Assembly (NCBI RefSeq): GCF_009914755.1
Contig: NC_060946.1
DNA length: 64,000 nt
Reading direction: 5' to 3' (one strand)
DNA from: the human T2T-CHM13v2.0 reference genome, Homo sapiens
Below are positions 36,851 through 51,552 of the stretch, piece by piece. Both the position numbers and the translations under genes were made by a program. Below the pieces are notes generated by a model that did not search any database, had not been told where the DNA came from, and saw only the letters and a list, made by a program, of their open reading frames with translations. Numbering within the stretch: position 1 is the first letter of the stretch; every line of letters begins with the position of its first letter.

Positions 36851-37762
36851 GTGCACAGGTTTACAACCGTGGTGCATCCAGTTTTATTAATAGCAAGAAC
36901 AGGGAGTACGCTGTTAAACACAACAGCATAGATGAATCTCCAAATAATTTTGCTGAAATAAATCAGTCCAAAAAGCATACAGTTCTGTATGATTCCACTT
37001 ATATACAACTCTAGAAGATGCAAACTAATCTTGGGGACAAGGACGGATGGCAGGAGGAATGCAGAAAATTACAGAGGGACATGAAGAAACATTGGGAGAT
37101 GAATATATTCACTATCATGATTGTAGTATCGTTTTCAAGGGTGTATATGTATATATCAAAGCTTATGGAATTGTACATGTCAAATATAGCTTATATCAAC
37201 TATACCTCAATAAGCCTGGTTTTAAAATTTTTCTTTTTGAAAAAAGGACGAGAATCTAAGCTTCCTTATTCCTGGTTTAGTAGTAAACTTGAACAATTTC
37301 ACCTGTCTCCTATACTTAAAATGACATTTCAGAATTTTAAAAACAGGATTTTAATAAAATAGCGAAGTTATTACATAAAATATTTGCTAGTAGTTAGCAA
37401 CTGTATTTGTAATACACATATAAATAAAGCCTCATAACATGATAGTAAGCAAATATCAATCTTAAAATTTTTTAAATAAAGGAGCAACTATATTACATAC
37501 TGACTTTTTAGAAAGGGTTGGCATAGAAAGATAAGGAGTCAAAGAGGAAGGTAAGAAAAGAGGAAGGTAAGAAAAGAGGAAGGATGAGAAAGTAAATATA
37601 CAAGAAAATGTAACCAGTGGCTCAAAAAAAAAGCGAAGTAGGACAGTAAAATAAACATTTTGACCTATTTATATGACTCTTAAGTTCAAAATAACTTGCT
37701 ATGAGATTTTCATCATTAACTGACATTTAGATTAGATAAAATATACATGAAGCAAGCCTCAC

Positions 37763-37879
37763 CCCAGGCAATACAACAGCTCCGATTCCACTTTTCAGCT
37801 TTGACTTGCCTCGGCCACCTCGCCCTGACAGTCCTGCACCTCGAGGTCTCTGCTTTCCTGGAAATCCAGACCCACGGCC
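37763..37879 (-). pseudogene. KMT2C: KMT2C exon 16 copy (GRGSGFPGKQRPRGAGLSGRGGRGKSKLKSGIGAVVLPG)
   Basis: AG acceptor and GTGAG donor, 117 nt. Confidence 0.93.
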
Positions 37880-38279
37880 CTATGTAACAGATTAGGAAAA
37901 GTCAACATTCTGTGTCAGCCCAAAATAATTTTTAAATCCAAATGCCACTGAGATAAAACATTTTATTAAATGTTATACAAACACTTCTTTAGATAAGTAT
38001 TAAGAAACCTGGCTTATTATTTTTATCTTTAAAAGTATACTGCACAACTTAAAAATCTAAATATAAAATGCTTACAAACTTAGAATCATACCTTAGGCCT
38101 GTCACTGTGAACGCTATCAGCAAGCCTTTGCATGATTTTTCTCTTTCCCACTCCTACATTCTCGGTGACGACAACAACTATAGCCTGATCCAGATATTTT
38201 GAAGTGCAACAAATTGTATTCAATATAGAGTAAGGATAAGGAAGAACTCTCTCATTAACTGGTCTCACGGTGATTACAG

Positions 38280-38470
38280 TAATAGCTAACATCTATTGAG
38301 TGCTTACTATGTACTAATCTAAGTATTTTTTACTCTCAACAATCTCATATAGTAGGTTTTATTATCCTTATTTGAGATGAGCGTGCTGAGGAATAAAATG
38401 GTTAAGTAACTTGTCCAAGGTCGCTTAGCTAGCAAGTCTGGCTCCAGCGTCCCTGGGTTGGAAGCATATT
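38280..38470. mobile_element. MIR
   Basis: AATAGCTAACATCTATTGAGTGCTTACTATGT..GGTTAAGTAACTTGTCCAAGGTC core. Confidence 0.75.
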
Positions 38471-38635
38471 CTGTACTGCTACATCAGCATGGAATTTCGT
38501 TTTTGCTAGTGTGTAACAGTATTCTTCCTGTCATTAAAATTAAGTCAGTTTCCTTCACTATTCAACAGTTCTCTTATGAACTCAACATTTCTACCTCATT
38601 CACCATTGTATTTAGAGGAAAATTTATTATTATTG

Positions 38636-38800
38636 TTATTACTTTTATTTTTGAGACAAGAACTTTATCCATCACTCAGGTTGGACTGCAGTGGTGTGAT
38701 CACAGCTCATTGCAGCCTAGAACTCTTGGGCTCAAGTGATCCTCCTGCTTCTGCCTCCCGAAGTGCCAGGATTACGGGAGTAAGCCAAAGCATCCAGCCA
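38636..38800 (-). mobile_element. Alu monomer (FRAM/AluJ half)
   Basis: Alu-like reverse complement, about 160 bp. Confidence 0.8.
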
Positions 38801-39258
38801 GGAAAAATTATTTGAGGATTACAGGAAAGCTGACAAAAGGCTTTGTGAAAGCTTTGCTTTAAATAATCTGAATAATAAATACTTGAAATGGAAATAATTT
38901 ATCTGACTTCTTACACAAGAAATAAACCTATGGGAAAATGTGTTAAATTCCCTGATAATTTCAGACATTAAGTACCAGAGTATCGTGTTCCCTGCCCCCT
39001 CACCCTTGTTTGTACTAATTAATTACTCCTTGAAGAAACCTGGCACCTACCTAAGTAGATGAATTATGTATATTTAAAATTATCCAGATGCTCAGGAAAA
39101 TACTTAGACGTTTCCCTCACGATAAGTTAAATAATATGTCATATCTTCAACTGATGTCCCTTATCATAGTTTGAAATGAACTTATTCCCTATTTAGCAGA
39201 ATGGTTTCCAAGTCAAAAATTTATGGTGATACTGTAAGCATAAAATAGAAACACATGA

Positions 39259-39737
<479 letters not shown>

Positions 39738-40640
39738 GAGTTTGTTTTGTTATTAAATTGGTATAAAAGAGTTTTGAAAAATTAAATCAGTGATTAAAAA
39801 TCAAGACTACAGTAATCTCTCAATTTATTTTCTTGAACATGAAATGCTGACCCAGAAAAAAAGTAAGTAAAAATTGGTGGTCTATATTATCAAACTGTCA
39901 AATGAGGTATATTTATACCTCAATATCTTGGATGATATCAGGGGGAGGTAGGGAGGTTAAAAAAAATAGTTCTTCCAGTCATGAAAGAAAATAATCTAGA
40001 ATTCCTTAAAATCCTTCATTAGGCTAAATTAAACAGCCATATTCCAGAATATTAAATATAGAATATGAAGAAAAACTGTCATCTCCAGTCAATGAAGTAT
40101 TTTAACTTTTGAGTTAATACTTTTTCAAATTAATTTTTTTATCTTCAAAATGCATCACACTACTTAACTCACTTCAAGGACTGGCAGAGCCATCAAACAA
40201 TGTCATGGGGGAAAAAGCCTTTTAAGTCATTTTAAGGTATTAATACAGACAATGAAATCTCCCACAATTTTGGTATTTCTTCTCCATGAGAACATAATAA
40301 ATTAATGGAGTTTTTTCTTTTGCTTTTTTCTAAGCAACAAAGTTTTATGATATCATGAATGAAAAGGTCCTTAATTACCTTTTGGTCTACATGTCAAGGA
40401 CTTCTCCCTCATAAAACCAGTAGTAATCACAACAAAAGGAATTAACCATAAAAAGAGGTATTAAAAATGTATACTTGATTTTTAAATGCAAGCATATTAT
40501 TTCTTTACATTAAAATTTTTAGATTTAAAAAGTGTTTCTGGAAGCTCAATCTAGAAAAGAAAGATTTAATTCTTAACATCCAGTAGGGCAAAACAAATCA
40601 GACAGAAATGATATATGAATGTAAATGCAATTTTATTTAC

Positions 40641-40760
40641 CACTTTGATGCTCCAAATGGCACTGCCAGGAAGCTGCCTGGGTTTAAAAATTTCCCGACC
40701 TCCTGAAATGTCTGGGGACCAGGAAGGTGGGCTCACTGTATTATGGGTACTCCAAGCCTC
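40641..40760 (-). pseudogene. KMT2C: KMT2C exon 15 copy (EAWSTHNTVSPPSWSPDISGGREIFKPRQLPGSAIWSIKV)
   Basis: AG/GT boundaries, 120 nt. Confidence 0.93.
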
Positions 40761-43099
40761 CTAGGATATGGCAGTTGAGAAAATAGATGTGTAAAACTCA
40801 GCAACATAAAAGGTCAAAGCCAGCAACTAAGGAATTTTAGGACAGCAAAAACAAATGCAAACGTATGGAAATTTAGGACAAATTGCTTCAAGGAAGGCAA
40901 AATAAGCTAATCACTAACAGTGATTTAAACATTTAAGTATAACAAATGTTTGCTGCTACAGAGACATCACTACAATGAAACATTAAAAATTAAGGTTTAT
41001 ATGACATCAACATTGACTCATGAACTGCAATTACTGCACCAAAAAGTAAATAAAAGTCAATCACACTTTAAGAATTAACACTAGAAGAAAGTATTGGGGG
41101 GTTATTTTTCTTCTAACAACTATCGCTCTACTTAAAAGGAGAAATGGATAACCATAAGGGATTCTATATTCTATAGCTATAAACAACCAAAACCAGTAGG
41201 CCAAAGAATGCAATGAGAAACATAAGCAATCGATAAATGCATAAACTTTAAACTGTAGAGAGCTGGTAACATTAAAATGCAAATACCATTATAATCTTAG
41301 CATTTAATCACTCTTTCTTCAGTGACCACTAGTTGTCGGTTTGGTTTCGGTTTTTACTTAGGGAAATGAATACTTTATGGAAATTACATCCAATGGACAA
41401 AAGTGAAGAAACGTTAAAGCAAATTGTCCTAAATTTGCAAATTAAAATGCCTAAAGTACCTGATAAATTATATAGAAAGTAGTATCTTATTAAAATCTAT
41501 ATAACTAAAACTAAAGCGTTTTACTTCCAAACAACCACATTCAGCAATACCCTGAACTAATCTGAAGATGCTAAACAGCATAAAGAAAAATGTTTACTCC
41601 ACAAAGATAAAATTTTAAAGAAAAACAAGACAAATGTCAAACAATAAAAGAATATATTTTGACTTAGGTAATTCAATGGTGCATGCATAATTTTACCAAT
41701 CAAGTAACCAAAACTTAAGACAAGGTACGTAGTACTTACCAGGTTTCTAGAATATCATCAAATTAACAAGTACTATCTCATTAATCACATGAAAATACCA
41801 CCAGGAATTAAAATAACCAGAAATAAGAATGTGACTGACTACTCTTGGGGTAAGAGATAGGAAATGGAATAACAGTATTTTGAGAAAAGCCACACAAGCA
41901 ATAGACTGGTTTCATTTTTAAGTCACAAACTCAACCCGCACACATTGAAGTCCAGCAATCCAACTCATTCTCTCCAGCAAACACTATTTTTTTTCCCTTC
42001 CAGGATTACCCTCAGGTGTTCTTTCTTACCCATCAAATCTCTAACCTAGCTCAGGTAATCACTATGCTGATTTCACTGAGCAGCAACCACTGCAGGTCAA
42101 TTACCTCACTTTCATAATTTCAAATCAACTTGAATCTGTACCTATGTCTTCTTCCCTACTATTAGTAGGGAACTGTTGTCAAAAGCCATTTCTCTTTTCT
42201 CATTTTACTCATGCTCCTGACATCTGGCATACTGTTCTGCTGGATTTGGCAGCAGCCCACCTGTGGATATTTCACTGACTTCCTCGCTAATCTTTCTTCA
42301 TCTCCTGTACGTGTTCTTCCTCTATTTGACTTCCAAAGCCCTGGAGTTTCCCAGGGCTTGAGCCTAGATCCTAAATGGTATTATCTACAATGAGGGCATC
42401 TTGGAAGTTGATGCTTCCCACATTCTTATTTCTGGTTTTAATCAAAGATCTCCAAAGTAGCAGGATTTTCAACTTCCTTCTTAGCATTTCCATTTTCTCA
42501 CACAAAACCCCTCTTAAGTTTGCCAAGTTTAAAATTTCTCCCTTAACCGGTTTCATCCCAGTCTTCCCCATCCTTATAAATGGCATCCAGTCCCTTGTCA
42601 CTCTCCTCTGCTCCTTCAGTCCTCTCCCCCAACACTTCGTCAATGCAAATCATCAGCAAATTCAAGACTTTTTATCTTCAAGTTTTGTCTCCAATCCTTC
42701 TACTTCTTGTCACTTCCACCACTAGCAGCACACTCGTGGCCACCACCATCTCTCACCTAACCTGCTACAGAGCCTACTGCTGGTTATGCTTCTCCCACCC
42801 TGCATATACTCAAACCTTTCCCCACAGCAGCCAGAGGAACTTTTCAAAAGTACAAATGTGATCAAGCAAGTCACTATTCTATTTCAAACCTTCAATTGCT
42901 TCTCAGAGCACTTAAAATACAAACCTTTCCCAGTGCCTTTCTCCAACTCATCTTGTGGCACTTGTCTCCCTGCTGCTATGCTCCAGCTATTCTGGCTTCC
43001 TTGCTGTCCTTCAAACATGCCAAGCTCTGTATCAATCAGAGCCCAGCTGACTCAGAACACTTCACTATACCATTCTGGCCCTTCAATAAATGTCTGGCA

Positions 43100-43394
43100 T
43101 TTTCTTTCTTTCTTTTTTTTTTTGAGATGGAGTCTCACTCTGTCACCCAGGCTAGAGTGTGGTGGTGTGATCTCGGCTCACTGCAACCTCTACCTCCCAG
43201 GTTCAAGCAGTTCTCCTGCCTCAAGCCTCCTGAGTAGCTGGGATTACAGGCATGCACCACCAGGCCCGGCTAATTTTTGTATTTTAGGAGCAATAACATG
43301 TTGGTCAGGCTGGTCTCAAACACCTGACCTTGTGATCCACCAGGCTTGGCATCCCAAAGTGCTGGGATTACAGATGTGATCCACCACGGCCAGC
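43100..43394 (-). mobile_element. AluS within L2-like sequence (about 42100-43560)
   Basis: Alu reverse complement; TGTCTGGC(A/G)TTTTCT TSD-like flanks. Confidence 0.9.
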
Positions 43395-45402
43395 CATGTC
43401 TGGCGTTTTCTAACCCTTCAGGTATGGCCTTACATATTTTCTCATCAGGAGACCTTTCCTTAGTGCTCCCAGTGAACCATCATCTCTCTTACCACACCAT
43501 TAGTGCCTCTCATTGCATCACCACCTAGGACGTTTTATTGTTTGTAATTTTATTTAGTGGTAGGCTGTGGGGCAAGAGATACCTAAATTACTTCTCTCAA
43601 TATTTCCATTGGTTTTTCTCTGAGATTTGGCTAACATACATCTTAAATTCTTTTTAGTCAATAGTTTAATATTATGTTGGCAGTAGACAGTTCTAAAAAA
43701 TATGAGACAGAAAGTCATACTCTAAGATAAAAATAATGTTGAATAATTTTATTTCAGAAATAAGAATTTTCTGGTAATTATGTATTATTCATCATAATTT
43801 AAAAGTTAGCTTTGATGCCAAAATTTTATCTCACTTTGAAAAGACAGACTTTGTGTAATTTTATAGTTCTGAAGAAAAATTATCATTATACTTAGATATT
43901 CTGACAAATTATCTAGTATATTCCTTAGACCTTAAAACTAAAATATAGCTATAATTATCAAAGTTTAAATTATCCTTCAGATCTTAGCTTTGATCAAGAA
44001 TTTACACAAACCATTCAGAAAAGGTTACCTGCCCCTGTAATGTATGGGCTCTTCTCCTACAATCCAGTTGCAGCACTTTTTACACTGTAATTAAAGATCA
44101 TGCCCCTTTCTGTCCACTGCTACGTTAAGCACACTGTTCAGCACTTACTGAACTTTTTTTCTGCTGAGCATCTATTATCTTTTTTTGCATGTGTGTATGA
44201 ATTCATCAATAAACAATGAGCTATGATATGAAACACACTAATGCCTCCACCAGTAATAACCTAGAATCTTGAATTTCTTCACTTAAAAAAAAGTTACTAA
44301 AAATTACTAAAAAAATCTATATAATGCCTCCTTAATCTACAAACTGAATTAAAAGCAAAATAGTTCCTAATGTAATCATTATTAAGTTGTAAATAGAATC
44401 AACTTGCTATCAAATACTACAGAAACTAAAAAAACACTACCTGGCAGGGACTGAATTTGAACCCAAGAAAAATAATTTAACCCAAAAATAGTTTAATATT
44501 AGCATTAAGTTTCTTTCTGCTTTGAGGCCAATTTCTCAGGTAAACTGTCCAAGCTAGTAAATCATACAAGGACTGTGGGATGGGGAAATGAGAACAATAA
44601 TGACAAGTGGAGGATAGGCTATTTAGAAGCAACTTTCTATTAAAAGTCAAATTCTATTGCTGATTGTTAAATACGATCAAAGTCATTCTTACAGCCCAAG
44701 AGTACTATCAGTTTTAAAAGCAGCCATACAAGGTTTGGTGTCTCAAAGGCAAACTTTACACCTCCAAATCTTAAATCAACCCCGGCCCCACACTCTTCCA
44801 ACATACTATGTAAAACCAAGGTTGCTTATAAACAGTAAGTCTAATTTAGGAAAAGTGAAAGCAATGAAGACAGAGGGCAGAAAGGAAGATAACTGGTAAA
44901 AGAAACAAAAGAGTTTACAGTTTGTCTTTTTGGTAAATACAATCACTTGTATACACTGGAGCTACAGCAGCAAACACTTCACTCTTTAGGGAATTCTTAA
45001 AAGAAGTCTCATATATAAAATTGAGTTCAATATCAAGTAGAACAAGAAATTAGACCCAATCCTGTTTTGATAACTACAGGAACAGCTATTATCAGCTTTA
45101 GCCTTCAATAATTTCACAATACAAATTAGGTAGTGCTAGCAACAGTAATGTCTCCAAAAATACCACAACAAGCACAAGTGAACTAAAAGCAAAGTCTGGT
45201 ACTTCTAATCTGCTGTGTTGTTAGCTTGGTGTTCCAAAGGGGTAGGTATTTTTTAGGTTTAACACTATGGTTCTCTGGCTACTTTTAAAACTGAAAGTAC
45301 TCTTCTTATAATATAAAGTAAACTTCTAATAATTTGTCCAAGAGATATCAAAATACAGTACCTATGTTTCCATTTATGAAATTTTCTTGAAATATTTACT
45401 GC

Positions 45403-45710
45403 AGGCTGGGCATGGTGGCTCACCCCTGTAATCCCAGCACTTAGGGAGGACAAGGCGGGTGGATCACCTGAGGTCAGGATTTCGAGACCAGCCTAACCAA
45501 TATGGTGAAACACCATCTCTACTAAAAATATAAAAAAAATTAGCCAGGTGTGTTGACGTGCACCTGTAGTCCCCGCTACTCAGGAAGCTGAGACAGGAGA
45601 ACTGCTTGAGCCAGGCAGGCAGAGGCTGCAGTGAGCGAGGTCGTGCCACAACTCCAGCCTGGGTGACAGAGCAAGACTCAATCTCAAAGAAATAAATAAA
45701 AATAAAATAA
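45403..45710 (+). mobile_element. AluSx-like
   Basis: Dimer; TSD AAATAT(T/C)TACTGCA. Confidence 0.93.
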
Positions 45711-46286
45711 ATATCTACTGCAAATAATACGTTTCATAAAATGCTTAATAAAAACTTTCAATACCACCATGAAAGCAATTAGAACATGAGGGTGCCTGAA
45801 GTAGATCATAGTAGTGTGATTACATTCAATATCTTTCTATAAGACGTGATGATACATACAGGGTAAATCATACAAGAAGACCTAAGATTATTATCTCAGA
45901 ATTTCCTAATTAGAATGGGAATACAATTGTGCAATGAGAGAAATGGACTGAAGACAGAAATAAAAACAAATTTTATGATTTAATATGACAAATTTAAAAT
46001 TTCCACTTTATTTTCCACCATTTTTAAAGGGCATTCCTTATAGTATTAATTTTAATGCATTTTTAAAAATCAGTAAGACAAGTAGCACATTTCTCTAGTT
46101 CAGGACTCCACTTTCAGGGTTACAGTTAAAGATGATCCTAGAAGTGCATTTTAATTGGTCTAGGGGAGGGTCATTAGCTTGATGTTCTAAAATCTACTGA
46201 GTTGATTACAATATGTGTCAGTGTCAATAACCACTTTCTTAAACCCAAGTCGCAAAGCACATATACCTATAGAAATGTTGAAAATG

Positions 46287-46420
46287 GGCCAGGTGCTGTG
46301 GGGCTCACACCTGTAATCCCAGCACTCTGGGAGACCCGAGATGGGAGGATCACTTGAGGCCAGGACTTTGTAACCAGCCTGGTCTACACAGCAAGACCCC
46401 CATCTCTATAAAAAAATAAA
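46287..46420 (+). mobile_element. FLAM / Alu left monomer
   Basis: Monomer plus A tail. Confidence 0.8.
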
Positions 46421-49199
46421 AAATATTTTTAAATGCTGAAAAATGAAATACTAAATTATTTATGAATATATAACTTCAATAAAAGATGAGAAAATACAAC
46501 TAGGTCATTAGGACAATTTGTATGAAACAATATCCAATTTGCTGTCTGTTACTTCTACCTTATCATGTCTAATTTTTCCTCATCTTTGTGAAATCCTGCA
46601 TCTACAATAGGCAAAAAAACAAAAAACAAAAGGAATCTTATTCTATTCACAGCCATCAGAAAAATGTGTTACTATTCCTGTAGTCAGTTAGGTTCTAAAT
46701 CATACATTTGAGATATATCTCAAACATGTCATAAAGAAAATAAGCATCATATTTCTAACTAAATAGCACCTGAAATATTCCATATGAAAGGAAAAATACG
46801 AAAAACTAAACTTTTAATTACTAACCTCCTTAAAGGAAAATAATTCTATATGATTTGATATTTCATAATGGATGTCCAATACCTGAGATATAAATTCCAT
46901 TTTCTGTGTCCTAACATCTCACCTTCAGAAAATCTCCAATATTGGGTTATTTGGATTATATATTTAAAACTGAATATACTTGAAGATGTGAATGATTTGT
47001 TGCCACAACAAATGGTTTACAATTATCTGCATTAAAATGTGTTCCATGAACAACAGAAAAAGAATATTTCTACTTCAGTCCTTAAAAATTGTGAAAGCAC
47101 AGCCACAGTCTTAGTTTGTCGATCTTCAATTCTTTTGGTATTTTAATTTCACCAATAATTCTGGAACTGCTGTTTTTGTATTTCTCAAAATGTTTTGTCT
47201 TGCATCATGCATCTTGCTTACATCACAATCACAGCTAGGAAAATGCAGCTTATTTTACCGCCAGTCCCCGATGTGAAGAATATGTAGAAGCAACAGTAAA
47301 TAAAAAAAGAAGTATAATACAGAAATGCCTAATATCAAAGAAATTCATGTAACAGAATACTGAACTTCAGTATTTCTAATATACGTATATACACATTCCT
47401 GCTAACTGTAGAATATTTCCTGCAAGTTATGGTCCCTGTGCCTCACCAATGGAAGATCTATCTTGTACTATTCAATTCATACTCTCCCTAATAACAGCAC
47501 TATATTAGCAGGTTCATCATCAAGTGAAGGCTGTTTGCTAGATAACTAAAACCAAGATTGGAAAACTAAAAAGCTGGAGGGAGGGAAAACACAGCCTACA
47601 AAATGCTTACACGATTAGCAGCAAATGATGAAGTAGTAACAAGAGGGGCAGAAAAATAGAAAGATTATCATCGGATTTGGGAATTCAAAGGCAGCTCAGC
47701 AAAATACTAGGACATGGCTCATATAAGATGGAATAAGCCTGGAAATACACCCTCCTCCCCAATATTTCAGAACATAAAGTCTACAGAAAGAGAGTCCTAA
47801 TGTATTGAACCTGGTTTCTCAATTGAAACAAAAGTCTTCAAGGAAGGAGAGATACGTAAAATTTAACAGGAATACATATGAAGCAGTATCTTTAAAGAAT
47901 GTAAATATATCAACCAAAAGTAAACTTGAGATTCAAATTTCCATTGCTAAAGTCTTTTCAGAGTCAGAACGACATAATTATTATATAACTATTCAAAACA
48001 AAACAAAAAAACTTACTGGAAAAAAGAACAACTGGTTTGAGAAGAAAATCTTTTCATGGTAGAGCAGAAATAACTGTCAAGGAAAATACTTAGAAAAAGT
48101 CATATATAAAGAGTGGCCTAGTTTTACTGCACACGTCTTTGCCATGCAGAAACAGCTAAATCCCATCTGACAACTACTTTCCCTTTCGTGTACCTTGTCT
48201 TTAGAGAATAAAATATATCTGGGTTTGATATAGAGGAGACTAATTTTCACATTAAAAATGATTTTCTTAAAAGCCTGGCCTTACAGTTTAAAAATTATAC
48301 GATTAAAATCAAGATATTATTCCTATAAAAAGCCAAACTTTAATCCATTTAAATCATGAAACTTAAAACTTCACTTGAAGCAATTTCAATCATGAAACTT
48401 AAAACTCCAAATTACTATTGTGAATTAACACTTCTCCACTATGTATCTTGCAATTTTAAAAAAACACTTCAGAAAGTAGCAAATTTGTAAAACAATAAAT
48501 AATTCATACCTATATTATCCTCATTTTGCCATGCAGTTTTACTTAAATCTCACTTAGAAATGGAACTCATTCTTAAAGGGTAGAATGCACATGATGTAAA
48601 GCAGACACAGGAAGATTTATCTTTACTTACTGAAAGTCAATAGTACAATTCTAAGATTTTTTCCATGAAACTACTGAAATAAGTCCTACTTGAAAAAAGA
48701 AATCCCACAAGAGTTAGCAATTAATAAAAACACCAAAATGAGAAATTCCCCAGCATGGAAAATTCCTGTCATAAATGTTGATGTTTATCCAGTTAAAAAT
48801 ATATACAATGAATAATATCAATAAATATATTAGAAGGAAATAATAGATGTTAGTTACTGTATACCCAAAACTATACTGTATTTTAGGCTCTATATTTACT
48901 GCAGCACAGAACTAAAAGAATTTTTAAAGTTCTTTCTATTAGAAACTATTATCCATAGGTTGCATCTTTATGGCCCAGCTGAGTTGAAATTCCAAATAAG
49001 ATCCCTTCAAATTTAATAAATGGCATTCTTCATTAACAGCATTTAAAAAATAATGGCTGAAACACATAATCAACATTACACTGAAGTTCTATCTGAAGAC
49101 AGAAAAAGTTGCCATCCACACCAAAGCTACACATATACCTTCTGATTTTATAGAATTGTTCCAATATCTTTTCTGTCAATATCATTAAAATCAACCTAC

Positions 49200-49919
49200 C
49201 TGTTTGGACCGAGGTCTACCAGGAGAAAATTTTCTCTTAGTAATAGCTGGTTTACCCATGCCAGTTTCTTGGAGTGACTGAGATGTAAGTTGTTGGCATG
49301 ATGTTTCCAGCAGACGAACTAAGAGCTGAAGGGTAATTATGCAGCATGTCATGCGAAGGCAAGTCTGAAGAAGGTGTTGGGGAGGAAGACACATCTGCCT
49401 TGCTTATGTCTGCTGATAATGAAAATGATGACTCTGTCTCAGATGATAACTTTATAGATTTGCCTCCTTGGTATGAAACATCTTTCACACAACCCTCAAT
49501 TGTAGGAGTCATTTCAGAGTCCATCAATCCAGTAGAAAGTTCAGAATCTTATTTCTGTTCCTTTTCTCCTTGTAGCCTTTCTATAACCAACTGTTCCTCA
49601 GGACATAATGAAGTGCTTTCCTCATGTGGGGACACTAAGGTTTCTAGTGGAAGAGTGACAGATTCAATGACAAATTTTGGAGGCCTTGATTCTTCTTTGG
49701 ATACCACTGTTTTAGGTTCCTCTAACAACTGCAGTTGCTCTTGCTGCACAGTGATCTGGTGTGTAACGATTTCAATGTTTTCTGTCACTTCCATTTTATC
49801 TTCAATTTGATCTTCACCACAAATATGCTTCACTTCAGAAGACATTTTCATTTCTTCACTATCAGCCTCATTAGAAATCTGTTTTTCCAATTCGGTATTC
49901 ACTGTATGTTGGGATGATA
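49200..49919 (-). pseudogene. KMT2C: KMT2C exon 14 copy (SSQHTVNTELEKQIS...KFSPGRPRSKQ)
   Basis: ORFs 49549..49995, 49252..49527 and 49191..49394; acceptor AG>AA, TAA at 49549-51, +1 frameshift near 49268. Confidence 0.95.
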
Positions 49920-50627
49920 TTGCAAAATTCAGAACATTTGTTATGGTAATGTACAAACAAATTTTAAATTTTCTAACTATAGATATATAAAACATTTGGC
50001 TACACTAGAACTTAAATCAGAAGGTATTCATCAAAGCAGACAATTATTAAGTGAATGAAAGCCAAAGTACATAAGGATTTATGGATTAGAATCAGCCACA
50101 CACCAGAAAACCTAATGAAAACATGTTTTACAACACAAGTACTTCCAAATGGATTGAAAATTACACAGGAAAAGCTCTCATACTCATTTTTTAGTTAAGA
50201 AAATGAGGATCAATCATGTTATGTGAGGTACCTAAGTTAAAAAGTAAAGACTGATCTAGAATGTGTAGGCATTTTCTAATAGTAGATACCCAGATGCGAC
50301 AAAGTTACTATAGACTCAAAAGCACAGACAGAAAAGATTTGCTAACCACCAATATTTATTTTGCTTAACCATACCTGCCAACCTAGCCAAAATATTCTTT
50401 GGATATAATCGTTGTTCTTCATCATTGTCTGTAAATTAAAAGACTAATCTCAGGAAATCTATAAACTTAGATATCAGAAACATAGTCACCGGTAAATTTT
50501 AAATCAGGATACCAGTATGTTAAACCTTTAACTCAATCTCATCAAGGTAATTTTTAAGTTATAGTAAAAAGACACTGCTAGCCTCATTTACCAATCAGTG
50601 ACTAAAATTTATCTATTTATCTATGTT

Positions 50628-51044
<417 letters not shown>

Positions 51045-51158
51045 TAAAAGATTTAGTTACTGTAATGTATATACATACAGCAATTGCAAAAATGTCTTTG
51101 AGATAAAGACATTATCTTATAACTCAGTCAAATTAGACAATATGAACATACTGCTTAC

Positions 51159-51183
51159 CAGCAATGAGAAGACTATCTGTGTC
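51159..51183 (-). pseudogene. KMT2C: 25-nt 3' remnant of KMT2C exon 13 (DTDSLLIA) with intact donor
   Basis: Minus strand reads GACACAGATAGTCTTCTCATTGCTG|gtaagc, about 1.24 kb upstream of exon 14. Confidence 0.85.
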
Positions 51184-51329
51184 CTCTATACCCTCAGTGT
51201 AGGGAAAGGCTTTCTGAATATGACTCAAAAATCCAGAAGCAAAAGAAGATTAATAAATCTAACTCCACAAAAAGAAACTTTTGCATGGCAAAAAAAAATA
51301 ATAAAAACAAAGTCAAAAGACACATAATA

Positions 51330-51552
51330 CAGCCTGGATAACATGGTAAGACCCTGTCTCTACAAAAGTAAAAAATTATCTGGGCTTCGTGGTACACATA
51401 ACTCCTAGCTAACTCGGGAGGCTGAGGCAGGAAGATTGCTTGAGCCCAGGTCAAGGCTACAGTGAACTATGACCATACCAATGTATTATGGCTGGGGTGA
51501 CAGGGTGAGACACTGTCTCACACAAATAAGCAAAAAAAAAAAAAAAAAAAAA
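51330..51552 (+). mobile_element. Partial AluJ within old L1ME 3' sequence (about 51185-52450)
   Basis: 5'-truncated Alu with A21 tail; L1-like flanks. Confidence 0.8.

Noticed and set aside
37546-37586. 16-bp GAGGAAGGTAAGAAAA tandem repeat containing donor-like AGGTAAG
   Set aside because: Short slippage duplication on the strand opposite KMT2C, with no associated exon.
42375-43528. Cluster of ORFs up to 197 aa
   Set aside because: Derived from L2-like and Alu sequence (typical [13 protein letters not shown] Alu peptide); the same applies to the other Alu-derived ORFs in the track.
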